Assembly: GCA_963820825.1 (NCBI GenBank)
Contig: CAWGBN010000007.1
Location: forward strand, 288,001 to 352,000
Direction: 5' to 3'
Origin: Vulcanimicrobiota bacterium
GTDB taxonomy: Bacteria; Vulcanimicrobiota; Vulcanimicrobiia; Vulcanimicrobiales; Vulcanimicrobiaceae
Length of the DNA: 64,000 bases
Position numbers and translations under genes: made by a program. The first letter of the stretch is position 1, and the number at the start of each line of letters is the position of its first letter. Below the pieces are notes generated by a model that saw only the letters and a list, made by a program, of their open reading frames with translations, was not told the DNA's origin and did not search any database. Shown piece by piece: positions 20,144-29,775 of the stretch.

Positions 20144-20692
20144 ATGTCGAAGTTGATCTACATCACCAATACGTCGCTCGACGGTTACGTGGAGGACGAA
20201 ACCGGTGCCTTCGATTGGGTCAATCCCGATCAAGTACACGCGTTCATCACTGAGTTGTTGCGGCCGATCGGAACCTATCTTTATGGGCGGCGACTCTACG
20301 AGACGATGGCCTACTGGGATGCGCCGGTGGAGGGCTATCCACCCGAACACCGCGACTTCGCACGGGTCTGGCAGAAGGCCGAGAAGATCGTCTTTTCACG
20401 AACGCTGACCGGCGCTACGACACGCAACACGCGTGTCGAGCGGGACTTCGACCTCGAGGCTATTCGGAAGCTCAAGCGGGAATCGGAGCACGACATCAGC
20501 ATTGGCGGCGCCGAGCTTGCGGGGCTTGCGCTCGAAGCCGATCTCGTCGACGAATGTCACCTGTTTCTCAATCCGGTGATCGTCGGCGGCGGAAAGCCGG
20601 CATTCCGAGCCGCCTTACGACGGAATCTCGAACTCCTTGAGACGCGCCGTTTCGACACCGGAGTAGTCCACGTGCGCTATCGCATGCGGTGA
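20144..20692 (+). CDS. Dihydrofolate reductase family protein (RibD C-terminal type)
   Basis: SLDGYV, YGRRLYETM-YW, KIVFSRTL, GGAELA, LVDE, PVIVGGGKP. Confidence 0.88.
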   Translation: MSKLIYITNTSLDGYVEDETGAFDWVNPDQVHAFITELLRPIGTYLYGRRLYETMAYWDAPVEGYPPEHRDFARVWQKAEKIVFSRTLTGATTRNTRVERDFDLEAIRKLKRESEHDISIGGAELAGLALEADLVDECHLFLNPVIVGGGKPAFRAALRRNLELLETRRFDTGVVHVRYRMR

Positions 20693-22107
20693 TTCTCGAG
20701 CCCACGGCGAAGAGTCAGGCGATGCTGCGCGAGAGGCTGGTCGAAACGCTTGGAAGCGACGCGGTGAAAACTTCGCCCGAGGATCTCGCGGTCTACGCGT
20801 TCGACGCCTACACGGAGGCCGGAGTGCCGTCGGCGGTGGTGCTGCCGAACTCCACGCGCGACGTCGGTGCGATCGTCAAGATCGCACGCGATTGCGGCGA
20901 ACCGATCGTCGCGCGCGGTGCCGGAACGGGCCTCTGCGGCGGTGCGGTCCCCATTGCCGGGGGCATCGTCGTCTCGTTTGCGCGAATGAATCGCGTGCTC
21001 GAGCTCGACGAACGCAACCGGCGTGCGCACGTGCAGTCCGGCGTGATCAACCTCGATCTCTCCGGCCGTGCCGCCTCGAGCGGACTCTTCTACGCGCCCG
21101 ATCCGTCCTCGCAGCGAATCTCGACGCTTGGCGGCAACATCGCCACGAATGCCGGCGGCGCGCACTGTCTCTCATACGGAACGACCGTCAATCACGTGCT
21201 CGCGCTCGAGGTCGTCGACGCCTCCGGCGACGTCTTCACGACGAGCATTGACGACGCAGGGTACGATCTGACCGCAGCGCTGGTCGGCAGCGAAGGAACG
21301 CTCGGCATCGTAACCTCGGCGTGGGTGCGGCTGCTGACGCTGCCCGAATCGGTCCGCGTTTCGGTTGCGGCCTTCGACGATATCGACGCCGCCTCGGAGG
21401 CGGTATCCGCAATTGTCGGCGCCGGCATCCTGCCGACGGCGCTGGAGATGATGGATGCGGTAATCACGCAGGCCGTCGAAGCCGCCTTGCATGCCGGCTA
21501 TCCGACCGATGCCGCGGCGGTGCTCCTGATCGAAAATGCCGGTTTCGAAGAGGACGTCGCGAGTGCTGAGGCGGCGATTCATTCGATCGTAACGCAGCAC
21601 GGCGCGCGCTCGTGGCGCAGCGCCCACACGCAAGCCGAGCGCGACGCCTTGTGGGCGGGTCGCAAGAGCGCTGCCGGCGCAACCGGACGAATCGCGCCGA
21701 ACTACTACACCCAGGACGTCTGCGTTCCGCGCAGCCGGCTGCCGCAGGCCCTTCGCGCCGTCGAGGCGGCCTCGCGCGCGAACGGCATCGTCGTCGGCAA
21801 CGTCTTTCACGCGGGCGACGGCAACTTGCACCCGCTACTGATGTACGACAAGCGCGATCGCAAGCAGGTCGCGGCGGTCGTCGAAACCGGCAACGAGATT
21901 CTCCAAGCGGCGATCGATCTCGGCGGAACGATCAGCGGCGAGCACGGCATCGGCTGGGAGAAACGCGACGCGATGACGCGCGTCTACTCGACCGACGATC
22001 TTGCCACGATGGCGCGCGTTCGCGACATCTTCGATCCGGCGCGGATGCTCAACCCCGAGAAGATCTTTCCCAGCGGTCTGCGCTGCCCGGAGGTTACGCC
22101 GCCGTGA
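20689..22107 (+). CDS. glcD: FAD-linked oxidase, glycolate oxidase subunit GlcD-like
   Basis: RGAGTGLCGG, YAPDPSS, GSEGTLG, HAGDGNLHP, SGEHGIG, NPEK. Confidence 0.88.
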   Translation: MILEPTAKSQAMLRERLVETLGSDAVKTSPEDLAVYAFDAYTEAGVPSAVVLPNSTRDVGAIVKIARDCGEPIVARGAGTGLCGGAVPIAGGIVVSFARMNRVLELDERNRRAHVQSGVINLDLSGRAASSGLFYAPDPSSQRISTLGGNIATNAGGAHCLSYGTTVNHVLALEVVDASGDVFTTSIDDAGYDLTAALVGSEGTLGIVTSAWVRLLTLPESVRVSVAAFDDIDAASEAVSAIVGAGILPTALEMMDAVITQAVEAALHAGYPTDAAAVLLIENAGFEEDVASAEAAIHSIVTQHGARSWRSAHTQAERDALWAGRKSAAGATGRIAPNYYTQDVCVPRSRLPQALRAVEAASRANGIVVGNVFHAGDGNLHPLLMYDKRDRKQVAAVVETGNEILQAAIDLGGTISGEHGIGWEKRDAMTRVYSTDDLATMARVRDIFDPARMLNPEKIFPSGLRCPEVTPP

Positions 22108-23327
22108 GAAGGGTGGACGGACGGCTCGCTCCAACCAACGCGCAAGCGCTTGGCGAAGCGCTCGCGCGTTGCGATCGCAAGGGCGAGAAGGTTCGAGTCT
22201 GCGGCGGCGGGACGCTGGCCGGCATGGGGTATCCGCCCGAGCGCTGCGACGTCGTCCTCTCGACCGCGGCGCTCACCGGCGTTGCGGCAAACGAACGCGC
22301 CGATTTGGTCATCGCGGTCCGCGCCGGAACGCCGGTACAAGACGTGACGACGCTCCTGGCCGCTCAGGGACAGTTCGTTCCGTTCGACGCCCCGAGTCCG
22401 CAGTACGCGACGCTCGGGGGCACGCTTGCGGCGAACTGGATCGGACCGCGCCGCCACTGCTATGGACGCGTACGCGATTATCTGCTCGGCTCGACCATCG
22501 TACTCGCCGACGGAACCATCGCGCGCGCCGGAGGGATGGTCGTCAAGAACGTCGCCGGCTACGACATGACCCGGCTGTACGTCGGCTCCTTCGGCACGCT
22601 CGGCGTGCTCGCGCAAGCGAATCTCAAGACGATTCCGATGCCGCCACGGGCGCGGCTCTTTCTCGCGCCGCTTCCGGAGCGCACGCGCGAACGCGCCTGC
22701 GCGCAGCTCGCCGCTTTGCGGATTCGCCCGGCTGCGGCCTTCTGGATCGACGGTTTCCATCACGCCATCGACGGCGACGAGGGGCCCGAAGGGCGCGTGC
22801 TCGTGCTGCTCGAGGGGAGCGACGCGTTGCTGGAACGCGCGACGCTCGAGCTGCGTTCGGCACTGGGCCGCGCCGGCGTTCCCGAGACGCGAATCGTCGA
22901 TGCGGGCGCGCGCGAGGCCTTCGAACGCGTCGTTGATGCATACGTCGCATGCCTGGGCGAACGCTCGGTGACGTATCGGCTCTATCCGTTCGTTGACCAG
23001 GCGCTGCAATGCGCGCTCGATCTGCAGGAGCTCGGACGCCGCTTCGAACTGCGCAGCGAGACGATCCTCGACGCGATGAACGGCGACGTCGTTCTGCGCG
23101 TGAGCGACCTCGACGCGCACGCCTTCGGATCGAAGATCGAAGCGTTCGACGAGGCGCTGCATCGGACGGAGCCGCGCGCGCAGATCGTCGCGAGCGAGCA
23201 CCCGCGACGCGCGTCGCTGCAGGTTTGGGGCGCCGACCCGCCGGCGATCGACCGAATGCGCGCGCTCAAGGCGCGCTTCGATCCCAATCGCACGTTGAAC
23301 CCCGGCTGTTTCGTGGGTAGAATCTAG
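22104..23327 (+). CDS. glcE: Glycolate oxidase FAD-binding subunit GlcE-like
   Basis: ATLGG-LA, GGMVVKNVAGYDMTRL-VGSFGTLG, LKARFDP--TLNPG; GTGA overlap with glcD. Confidence 0.85.
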   Translation: MRRVDGRLAPTNAQALGEALARCDRKGEKVRVCGGGTLAGMGYPPERCDVVLSTAALTGVAANERADLVIAVRAGTPVQDVTTLLAAQGQFVPFDAPSPQYATLGGTLAANWIGPRRHCYGRVRDYLLGSTIVLADGTIARAGGMVVKNVAGYDMTRLYVGSFGTLGVLAQANLKTIPMPPRARLFLAPLPERTRERACAQLAALRIRPAAAFWIDGFHHAIDGDEGPEGRVLVLLEGSDALLERATLELRSALGRAGVPETRIVDAGAREAFERVVDAYVACLGERSVTYRLYPFVDQALQCALDLQELGRRFELRSETILDAMNGDVVLRVSDLDAHAFGSKIEAFDEALHRTEPRAQIVASEHPRRASLQVWGADPPAIDRMRALKARFDPNRTLNPGCFVGRI

Positions 23328-23332
23328 CCCGA

Positions 23333-24172
23333 ATGCGGGTTCTGATTCTCGGCGCCTCCGGCTTCATTGGGCGCCATCTCTCCGCGGCGTTGCAGAAACG
23401 GGGCGACGAGGTAGTCGCGGCATCGCTGCGCGAGCCGGCGGCCGCGGCGACCGCCGCCGCACAATGTGACGCGATCGTCAATCTCGCCGGCGAACCGATC
23501 TCGCAGCGTTGGAGTCCGAGCGTGAAACGCCGCATTGAAGAGAGCCGCACGGCCGAGCCGCGCCGAATGCTCGAAGTGCTTTCGGGAATCGAGCGGCGCT
23601 GCACGGCATACGTCAGCGCCTCGGCGGTGGGTTACTACGGGACCAGCGAGAGCGAAACGTTTGTCGAGACGAGCCCGCCCGGAGCGGATTTCCTCGCGCA
23701 CGTCTGCATCGAGTGGGAACGCGAGACGCAGCATGCAGCGCAGCTTGGCATGCGGGTCGCGATCGTTCGCACCGGGGTCGCGCTCGGAACCGACGGCGGT
23801 GCGCTGCGAAAGCTGCTTCCGCCGTTCCGCTTGGGCGTCGGCGGCGTCGTCGGAAGCGGACGGCAGTGGTTCTCCTGGATTCACATCGACGATCTCACCG
23901 GCATCTATCTCATGGCGATCGATCGCCTCGCCGGGCCGGTCAATGCGACCGCACCCAACCCGGTGACCAACGCCGAGTTTACGCGCGAGCTGGGAGCGGC
24001 GCTCCACCGCCCGGCCAAGCTCCCCGTTCCGGGCTTCGCGCTGCGCGCGTTGCTCGGTGAAGGTGGGGATATCGTCTTGCGCGGGCAATGCGTCTTGCCG
24101 CAGCGCACCCAAGAGCTCGGCTACCGCTTCGTCTTCGAGCGTCTCAGAGACGCGCTAACGAATCTACTGTAA
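23333..24172 (+). CDS. TIGR01777 family NAD-dependent epimerase-like oxidoreductase
   Basis: GASGFIG, NLAGEPI, SASAVGYYG, GSGRQWFSWIHIDD, NATAPNPVTNAEF. Confidence 0.92.
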   Translation: MRVLILGASGFIGRHLSAALQKRGDEVVAASLREPAAAATAAAQCDAIVNLAGEPISQRWSPSVKRRIEESRTAEPRRMLEVLSGIERRCTAYVSASAVGYYGTSESETFVETSPPGADFLAHVCIEWERETQHAAQLGMRVAIVRTGVALGTDGGALRKLLPPFRLGVGGVVGSGRQWFSWIHIDDLTGIYLMAIDRLAGPVNATAPNPVTNAEFTRELGAALHRPAKLPVPGFALRALLGEGGDIVLRGQCVLPQRTQELGYRFVFERLRDALTNLL

Positions 24173-25085
24173 ACTCCAGCGCCTCGAGGTACTTCTCCGC
24201 GTCCATCGCGGCGCGGCATCCGGCTCCGGCCGCAGTAATCGCCTGGCGATAGCGATGGTCGTTGACGTCTCCGCCGACGAAGACCCCTTCGACGTTGGTG
24301 CGACTGCCGTCGGGCGACGCGACGTAGCCGAGACCGTCGAGATCGAGCTGACCGGCAAAGACGGCCGTGTTCGGCGTGTGCCCGATTGCGACGAAGAGCG
24401 CGTCGGCCTCGATTTCGAAGGTATGTCCGTCTTGCGTGTCGCGTAACCGCAAGCCGGTGACGTGCGTCTCGCCCTGCACCTCTTCGACGACCGCGTTCCA
24501 GATGAAGTCGACTTTTGGATGCGCGCTCGCGCGGTCGGCCATGATCTTGCTCGCGCGCAGCCGATCGCGACGATGGACGATCGTCACCCGGCTGCCGAAG
24601 CGCGTGAGAAAGAGCGCCTCTTCGAGCGCCGAGTCGCCGCCGCCGACGACGACGATATGCTTGTCGCGAAAGAAAGCGCCGTCGCACGTCGCGCAACTCG
24701 AAACGCCGCGCCCCCGCAAGCGCTCCTCGCCCGGAATCTCGAGCCAGCGGGCACTCGCACCGGTCGCGACGATCACCGTCTCGGCCCGGTACTGGGCGTC
24801 GTCGGTCCGCACGAGCAACGGGTGCTTCGCAAAATCGACCGACGTTACGTCGACGTTCTCGATGCGGGCACCGAAGCGTTCGGCCTGCTCGCGAAACTTG
24901 ATCATGAGCTCGGGGCCGAGAATGCCTTCGGGAAATCCCGGATAGTTCTCGACGTCGGTCGTCAGCATGAGCTGGCCGCCGTAGAGCCCGCCGGCGAGAA
25001 CCAGCGGACGTAAGTTTGCGCGCGCGGCATAAATCGCGGCGGTAAGTCCGGCCGGGCCGGACCCGATGATGATGAGACGTTCCAC
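24144..25085 (-). CDS. trxB: Thioredoxin-disulfide reductase
   Basis: GSGPAG, GGQL, VENYPGF, CATCDG, GGGDSA-EEA, YRQAITAAG. Confidence 0.97.
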   Translation of the reverse strand: MERLIIIGSGPAGLTAAIYAARANLRPLVLAGGLYGGQLMLTTDVENYPGFPEGILGPELMIKFREQAERFGARIENVDVTSVDFAKHPLLVRTDDAQYRAETVIVATGASARWLEIPGEERLRGRGVSSCATCDGAFFRDKHIVVVGGGDSALEEALFLTRFGSRVTIVHRRDRLRASKIMADRASAHPKVDFIWNAVVEEVQGETHVTGLRLRDTQDGHTFEIEADALFVAIGHTPNTAVFAGQLDLDGLGYVASPDGSRTNVEGVFVGGDVNDHRYRQAITAAGAGCRAAMDAEKYLEALEFTVDSLARL

Positions 25086-25141
25086 TGCGTCCTCCGACTC
25101 CGCTCAGAGTGATAAGGTTTCCTGCGTCGAAGGGGGCGCGG

Positions 25142-25978
25142 ATGGGCGACGTACAGATTCCGTTGGAAGACACGTTCGGCGATATCGTGCGCAAGGCGAT
25201 GCGCGGCATCGGCATCGACGAAGCGCAGCTCGCGAGCGCTTCAGGGGTTCCCGGTTCGGAGATCGCCCGATGGCTGAAGGACGAGGGATTCGCCGACGAC
25301 GCCCAAGCGCGCGCGCTCGCGACGGTTCTGCGCCTCGACGCGGGCAAGCTCGCCGACAGCGCTGCGGCTCGCTGGCGGCCGCCCGAGATCGAACTCGCCG
25401 CGGTTCGCCGTCATCCACAGTTGCCGCATCCCAGCAACGGCTACGTCTTCTTCCTCGAGAGCGGGCGCCGAGCCGCGCTCGTCGACCCAGCCGGCATTCC
25501 GGCAAACCTTCTGCGAATCTTACGCGACGGCGATTACCATTTGCAGTATATCCTCATCACCCATAAGCACCCCGATCACTGCGACGCCACCGTTGAGGTC
25601 GCCGCAGCGTTTCCCGATGCTCGGATCGTGATGCACCAGCTCGACGTGCACGCGATCGGCGCGCTGGCCGGAAAAGCGCTGCCCGTGCGCAACGGGGAGT
25701 CACTGCCGTTCGGCGACGGCTCGAACATCCGCATGCTCCACACGCCCGGCCATACCGATGGCTCGTCGTGCTTCATCTTTCAGGACGCCGTCTTCTCCGG
25801 CGATACGCTCTTCGCTGCAAGCGTCGGCGGTGCGTACGGCGATACGAGCGGCTATGACGACATCCTCAACAACGTGCGGAGCAAGCTCTTCAAACTACCC
25901 GACGAAACCGTCGTCATGCCCGGCCATGGACCGCCGACGACGATCGCGCTCGAAAAGCACCACAATCCCTTCTTTTGA
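25142..25978 (+). CDS. MBL-fold metallo-hydrolase with N-terminal XRE-like HTH
   Basis: THKHPDH, TPGHT-G, FSGDTLF, PGHGP-TT; N-terminal GDIVRKAMRG-GID-AQLA-ASGV helix pattern. Confidence 0.88.
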   Translation: MGDVQIPLEDTFGDIVRKAMRGIGIDEAQLASASGVPGSEIARWLKDEGFADDAQARALATVLRLDAGKLADSAAARWRPPEIELAAVRRHPQLPHPSNGYVFFLESGRRAALVDPAGIPANLLRILRDGDYHLQYILITHKHPDHCDATVEVAAAFPDARIVMHQLDVHAIGALAGKALPVRNGESLPFGDGSNIRMLHTPGHTDGSSCFIFQDAVFSGDTLFAASVGGAYGDTSGYDDILNNVRSKLFKLPDETVVMPGHGPPTTIALEKHHNPFF

Positions 25979-26330
25979 TTCGGTCGACGACTACATCGGC
26001 TCGCAGCCGGAGAACGTCCGGTGCGTACTCGAACGCGTGCGCCGGGCGATACGAGAGGCCGTGCCCGAGAGCGAGGAGACGATTTCGTACAACATCCCGA
26101 CGCTTAAGCTCCAGGGTGCCACCGTTCTTCATTTTGCCGGATGGAGCGACTTCGTTTCGCTCTATCCCGCGAACGCACGCGTCGTCGCCGAGTTCGAAGA
26201 AGAGATCGCGCCGTATCTCGCCGCAAAGAGCACGCTGCGATTTCCGGTCGCAAAGGCGCTCCCCGTCGGATTGATCGAGCGGATCGCAAGGTTCCGCGCC
26301 GCGGAGATCGCCGAACGCGGCCGCGCCTAG
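25926..26330 (+). CDS. DUF1801/YdhG-like protein (start uncertain)
   Basis: SVDDYI, IREAVP--EETISY-IP, HFAGW---SLYP, KSTLRFP. Confidence 0.8.
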   Translation: MDRRRRSRSKSTTIPSFDSVDDYIGSQPENVRCVLERVRRAIREAVPESEETISYNIPTLKLQGATVLHFAGWSDFVSLYPANARVVAEFEEEIAPYLAAKSTLRFPVAKALPVGLIERIARFRAAEIAERGRA

Positions 26331-26336
26331 CGGCGC

Positions 26337-26708
26337 TTAACCGCGATAGGCTTCGGGAACGCTGATGGCGGCGCCGTCCTCGACGGCAATCGTCGCGCCG
26401 CTTCGCTTCGGCGCGCTTCCCGACTCGCGAATGAGCTCGAACTGCAAGACGGTCTGCCCGGAGGGCGGCAACTGCATGTCGAGCCGCTGCGGCGAGCAGA
26501 GACGCGGCGTGCAAAACGCGGCGAGCCAGCCCGGTGCTACGCCCCGAGCGCTCAGCCGCACCGAACCGTTGGGCTTCCCGCTGACCTCCAGCCGGTATTT
26601 CGCCGCAGTGTCGCTCGTAGCCTGAAAATCGGAGCCGGTCCACGGCTGTATGGCGAGATGGGTCGTCGTCTGTGCGAGCGCGAGCAGCATTGCGAAGAGA
26701 ATCATCAC
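26337..26708 (-). CDS. Small secreted hypothetical protein
   Basis: Hydrophobic N-terminus; GWLAAFCTPRLC Cys pair; GTGA overlap with the permease. Confidence 0.7.
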   Translation of the reverse strand: MMILFAMLLALAQTTTHLAIQPWTGSDFQATSDTAAKYRLEVSGKPNGSVRLSARGVAPGWLAAFCTPRLCSPQRLDMQLPPSGQTVLQFELIRESGSAPKRSGATIAVEDGAAISVPEAYRG

Positions 26709-27466
26709 GTACGCAGTTTATAACCGATTGCCGTCATGCGCAAGACGATCGCCAGCGCAACCGCGCAGAGCAACGCGATCATTGCGATGGAAAATGGAAG
26801 CGGAAGGTAGCTCTGCCCGGTGTAACTACGACGAAAGGCGTCGATCGTGTAGAAAATTGGATTAAAAAGCTCGAGATTCCGCAGCACCGGCGGAAGCATG
26901 GTGGCCGACGTAAAGACGCCGCCGACAAAAGTCAACGGGGTGATGACAAAAGTCGTGAGGATCGCGATGTGGTCGAACTTGTCGGCCAGCAAGCCGAAGA
27001 TCAGCCCGAGCGCCGAGAACAAGATCGAGACCATCGCGATCACGCAGAAGTAGAGCAGCCACTGCTGCGGAGCGATGTGGACGAGCAGCACGCCCAGCGC
27101 GGTGATCAAACCGGCGATGAGCAGCGAGCGCGCCAGACTCCCCAGCACGTACCCGGCCACGATCTCGGTTGCCGACATCGGCGCGATGAGCAGCTCCTGG
27201 ATCGAGTTCATGAAGCGCCCCTGGAAGAGCGAGCTCGAACACTCGCCGTACGACGAATCGATGACTTGCAGCATGATCAGGCCGGGAATGAGAAACTGAG
27301 AGTAACTGACGCCTTGGACGGTGGGAATCCGGCTTCCCAATGCCAGTCCGAAGACGAAGACGTAGAGCAGCGTCGTGATGATCGGCGGCCAGATCACCTG
27401 ATTGATGATCTTGAGGCTGCGAATCATCTCGCGCTTGACCAGCGTCCAGAGGCCATTGGGATTAAT
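26705..27466 (-). CDS. ABC-2 type permease (YadH-like); inferred ATT start
   Basis: NPNGLWTLVKREMIR, Y-QFLIPGLIM, ELLIAP, TPLTFVGGVF, NPIFY-ID-FR. Confidence 0.9.
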   Translation of the reverse strand: MNPNGLWTLVKREMIRSLKIINQVIWPPIITTLLYVFVFGLALGSRIPTVQGVSYSQFLIPGLIMLQVIDSSYGECSSSLFQGRFMNSIQELLIAPMSATEIVAGYVLGSLARSLLIAGLITALGVLLVHIAPQQWLLYFCVIAMVSILFSALGLIFGLLADKFDHIAILTTFVITPLTFVGGVFTSATMLPPVLRNLELFNPIFYTIDAFRRSYTGQSYLPLPFSIAMIALLCAVALAIVLRMTAIGYKLRT

Positions 27467-28214
27467 TGCGCATCAGCTCCAGAAAGACGTCTTGCAATGA
27501 GGCTCCATCGGCGACGAGCTCTTCGGTCGGCTTCTCGGTGACGATGCGGCCGTTCCGAATGATGGCGATGCGCTTGCAGAGCTGCTCGGCTTCCTCGAGA
27601 TAGTGCGTCGTCAGAAAGATCGTCAGGCCGCCGTCGTTGAGCGAGCGAAGCCACTGCCAGAGCTCCAAGCGCAGCTCCACGTCGACTCCGGCCGTCGGCT
27701 CGTCGAGAATCAAGAGGCTCGGCTGATGAATCAAAGCTCGCGCCAGCGAAAGGCGGCGCTTCTGCCCGCCGGAGATCTTCGTATACTCCAAGTGGGCGTG
27801 CGCGGTCAGGCCGAAGCGCTCGAGCAGCATGTCGGCGCGCTCGGCGACTTCCTTGCCGCGCAGACCGTAATAGCCGGCGGCAAAGATCAAGACGTCGCGC
27901 AACGAGAGGTACCGGTCGAAGTTATACTCTTGCGGTGAGAGGCCGATCAAGCGCCGCGCGTGCCGCCAGTCACGCTCGTTGTCGTGACCGAAGATACGAA
28001 TGCTCCCGGAACTCTTTTGCGCGAGGCCGACGATTGCGTTGATCGTCGTCGTCTTGCCTGCGCCGTTTGGTCCGAGGAAACCGAAGAACTCCCCCGCGCC
28101 GACGCGCAGCGAGATGCCGTCGACTGCGGTAAACGCGCCGTATCGCTTCACGAGGCGATCGACCTCGACGGCGGGTGCGCTAGGGCCTTGTGCTAGGGAA
28201 TCGAGTTCTTTAAT
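27462..28214 (-). CDS. ABC transporter ATP-binding protein (YadG-like); start uncertain
   Basis: GPNGAGKTT, ISGGQKRR, LILDEPTAGVD, TTHYLEEA; first strand AVEVDRLVKRY lies upstream of the first GTG (28151). Confidence 0.92.
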   Translation of the reverse strand: MKELDSLAQGPSAPAVEVDRLVKRYGAFTAVDGISLRVGAGEFFGFLGPNGAGKTTTINAIVGLAQKSSGSIRIFGHDNERDWRHARRLIGLSPQEYNFDRYLSLRDVLIFAAGYYGLRGKEVAERADMLLERFGLTAHAHLEYTKISGGQKRRLSLARALIHQPSLLILDEPTAGVDVELRLELWQWLRSLNDGGLTIFLTTHYLEEAEQLCKRIAIIRNGRIVTEKPTEELVADGASLQDVFLELMRN

Positions 28215-28924
28215 TGCTTATACCGGTGCCGGCGGAGGGTGGCGATGAGCTCTGCACTCCCCGGAATCCCTGAATCGGCTAATTGGGTTGCGACCTTTTT
28301 CACATCGAACGCGACGCGCCGGTGCTTCACCTGCCAGCCGCCGTCGCGCTCGCTGAAGATCGCGTAGCTCGCGCGCGGATCGCCGTCCTTGGGCAGACCC
28401 GCCGATGACACGTTGACGAGAAGCTTCCCACGCCACAAGCGCGCGAAGGGGATGTGCAGGTGGCCGAAAGCGATCGCCGCCGCCGCGTCGTTGCCGATGA
28501 GCCGCTCGAGCGTTGAGTCGTCCGCGTCGGGCCAAATATACTCGTCGTCGGTAAGCACGTTCGCGTGGACGATCAAGAGTTGATTCTGATCCTCGCCGAT
28601 TCGCAATGCAAATGGCAGCTCTTTGAGCCACGAGAGCCAGCGCTCGCCGATCTCGCGGCGCGACCACGCGATTTGAGCCGCTTCGGCCGCCTCGAAGGTC
28701 TTACCGGGCGAATCCTCGACGAGATCGCGATCCCTATTGCCGCGAACGCACGCGGCACCGATCTCCTCGAGCCGCTGCAGCACTTTCTTGGGCTTCGGGC
28801 CCGGCGAGCAAAGATCGCCGGCGACGACGATCGCGTCGGCTCCGCCCTGCGATTCGAGGTCGGCCAGACACGCATCGAGGCCTAAGAGATTTCCGTGAAC
28901 GTCGGAAAGTACGGCGATTCGCAT
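28193..28924 (-). CDS. Metallophosphoesterase (calcineurin-like, YfcE type)
   Basis: SDVHGN, AGD, RGNRD, VHA, FGHLH motifs. Confidence 0.9.
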   Translation of the reverse strand: MRIAVLSDVHGNLLGLDACLADLESQGGADAIVVAGDLCSPGPKPKKVLQRLEEIGAACVRGNRDRDLVEDSPGKTFEAAEAAQIAWSRREIGERWLSWLKELPFALRIGEDQNQLLIVHANVLTDDEYIWPDADDSTLERLIGNDAAAAIAFGHLHIPFARLWRGKLLVNVSSAGLPKDGDPRASYAIFSERDGGWQVKHRRVAFDVKKVATQLADSGIPGSAELIATLRRHRYKQLKNSIP

Positions 28925-28932
28925 GCGCCGCG

Positions 28933-29775
28933 TTACTCGCGTTGCAACGCGAGCGCCAGCATCGACGGAGTGAGACCGAGCTTCGTAAACTCGTACAGAT
29001 CGAGTGCCTCGACGGTGATGCCCGCGCGTCGCATGCTCGAAAGCGCGGTGCGGTAACGAATCTCTGCGATGACGTGACGATCGTCCAGCGGCAGCACGCC
29101 TGCGGCCTGTTCTTCGCCGAGCTCGAGCAGGATCGTCCGAAAACCGTCGAACGCGCCGAGATCGACCTTACCGGCCGCGACGACGATCGTATCGCTCGCA
29201 GCCGCGCCGGCTACGGAGCGAAGCGAGGTAACGCCCTCGGCGAGACGCACCTCGACGACTCGATAGCCGTGCGCGCTCGCCAGCTGCGCGAAGCCGCTGC
29301 GGCCGAGCCGATTGCCGCGTACGCCGGTGCCGACGAACGCCGTCTTCCCGGCAAGCAACACGTCGTTTCCGTCGAGCAGCGCGGGAGCGGCGATGTGACC
29401 GGCAAGCGGCACGTCCATCCTCCCGAACTCGGCCTCCATCCGGTCGACCTCGGCGCGACGCGAGAGCGACGTGAGCCGCATGAGCGCGGCACCATCCTCG
29501 AAGACGACCGCCGCGTCGCCGGCCGCAGCCTCGTAGGGATCGGCGGTATGCGATGCGATGACCGTCGTCTCGACGCCGAACGATTCGAGCGTCTTGCGCA
29601 AAACGTCGTGCTGCTCGCAGGCTCGAGCGTAAATGGCTCCGGGTTCTCCGATCAGCGGTACTCCGCGCTCGATCGAGGCTGAGGGCCGGACGAGGACCGC
29701 GGCGCGCAGGCGCCCCGTCGGAGTGGCCACCAATCGAGGCCCATAGTCTACCCCGTGGCCATGGTGTACGGTCAT
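28933..29775 (-). CDS. Amidinotransferase/dimethylargininase (pentein) family protein with degenerate active site
   Basis: G-LRA-LV-P, A-EQH--L--TL, SRRAEVD, LDGNDVL, EFTKLG pattern; catalytic Cys and His not seen. Confidence 0.75.
   Translation of the reverse strand: MTVHHGHGVDYGPRLVATPTGRLRAAVLVRPSASIERGVPLIGEPGAIYARACEQHDVLRKTLESFGVETTVIASHTADPYEAAAGDAAVVFEDGAALMRLTSLSRRAEVDRMEAEFGRMDVPLAGHIAAPALLDGNDVLLAGKTAFVGTGVRGNRLGRSGFAQLASAHGYRVVEVRLAEGVTSLRSVAGAAASDTIVVAAGKVDLGAFDGFRTILLELGEEQAAGVLPLDDRHVIAEIRYRTALSSMRRAGITVEALDLYEFTKLGLTPSMLALALQRE

Noticed and set aside
19535..20692. 385-aa NamZ-DHFR fusion ORF
   Set aside because: Artefact of the namZ frameshifts; the DHFR-like gene starts at ATG 20144.
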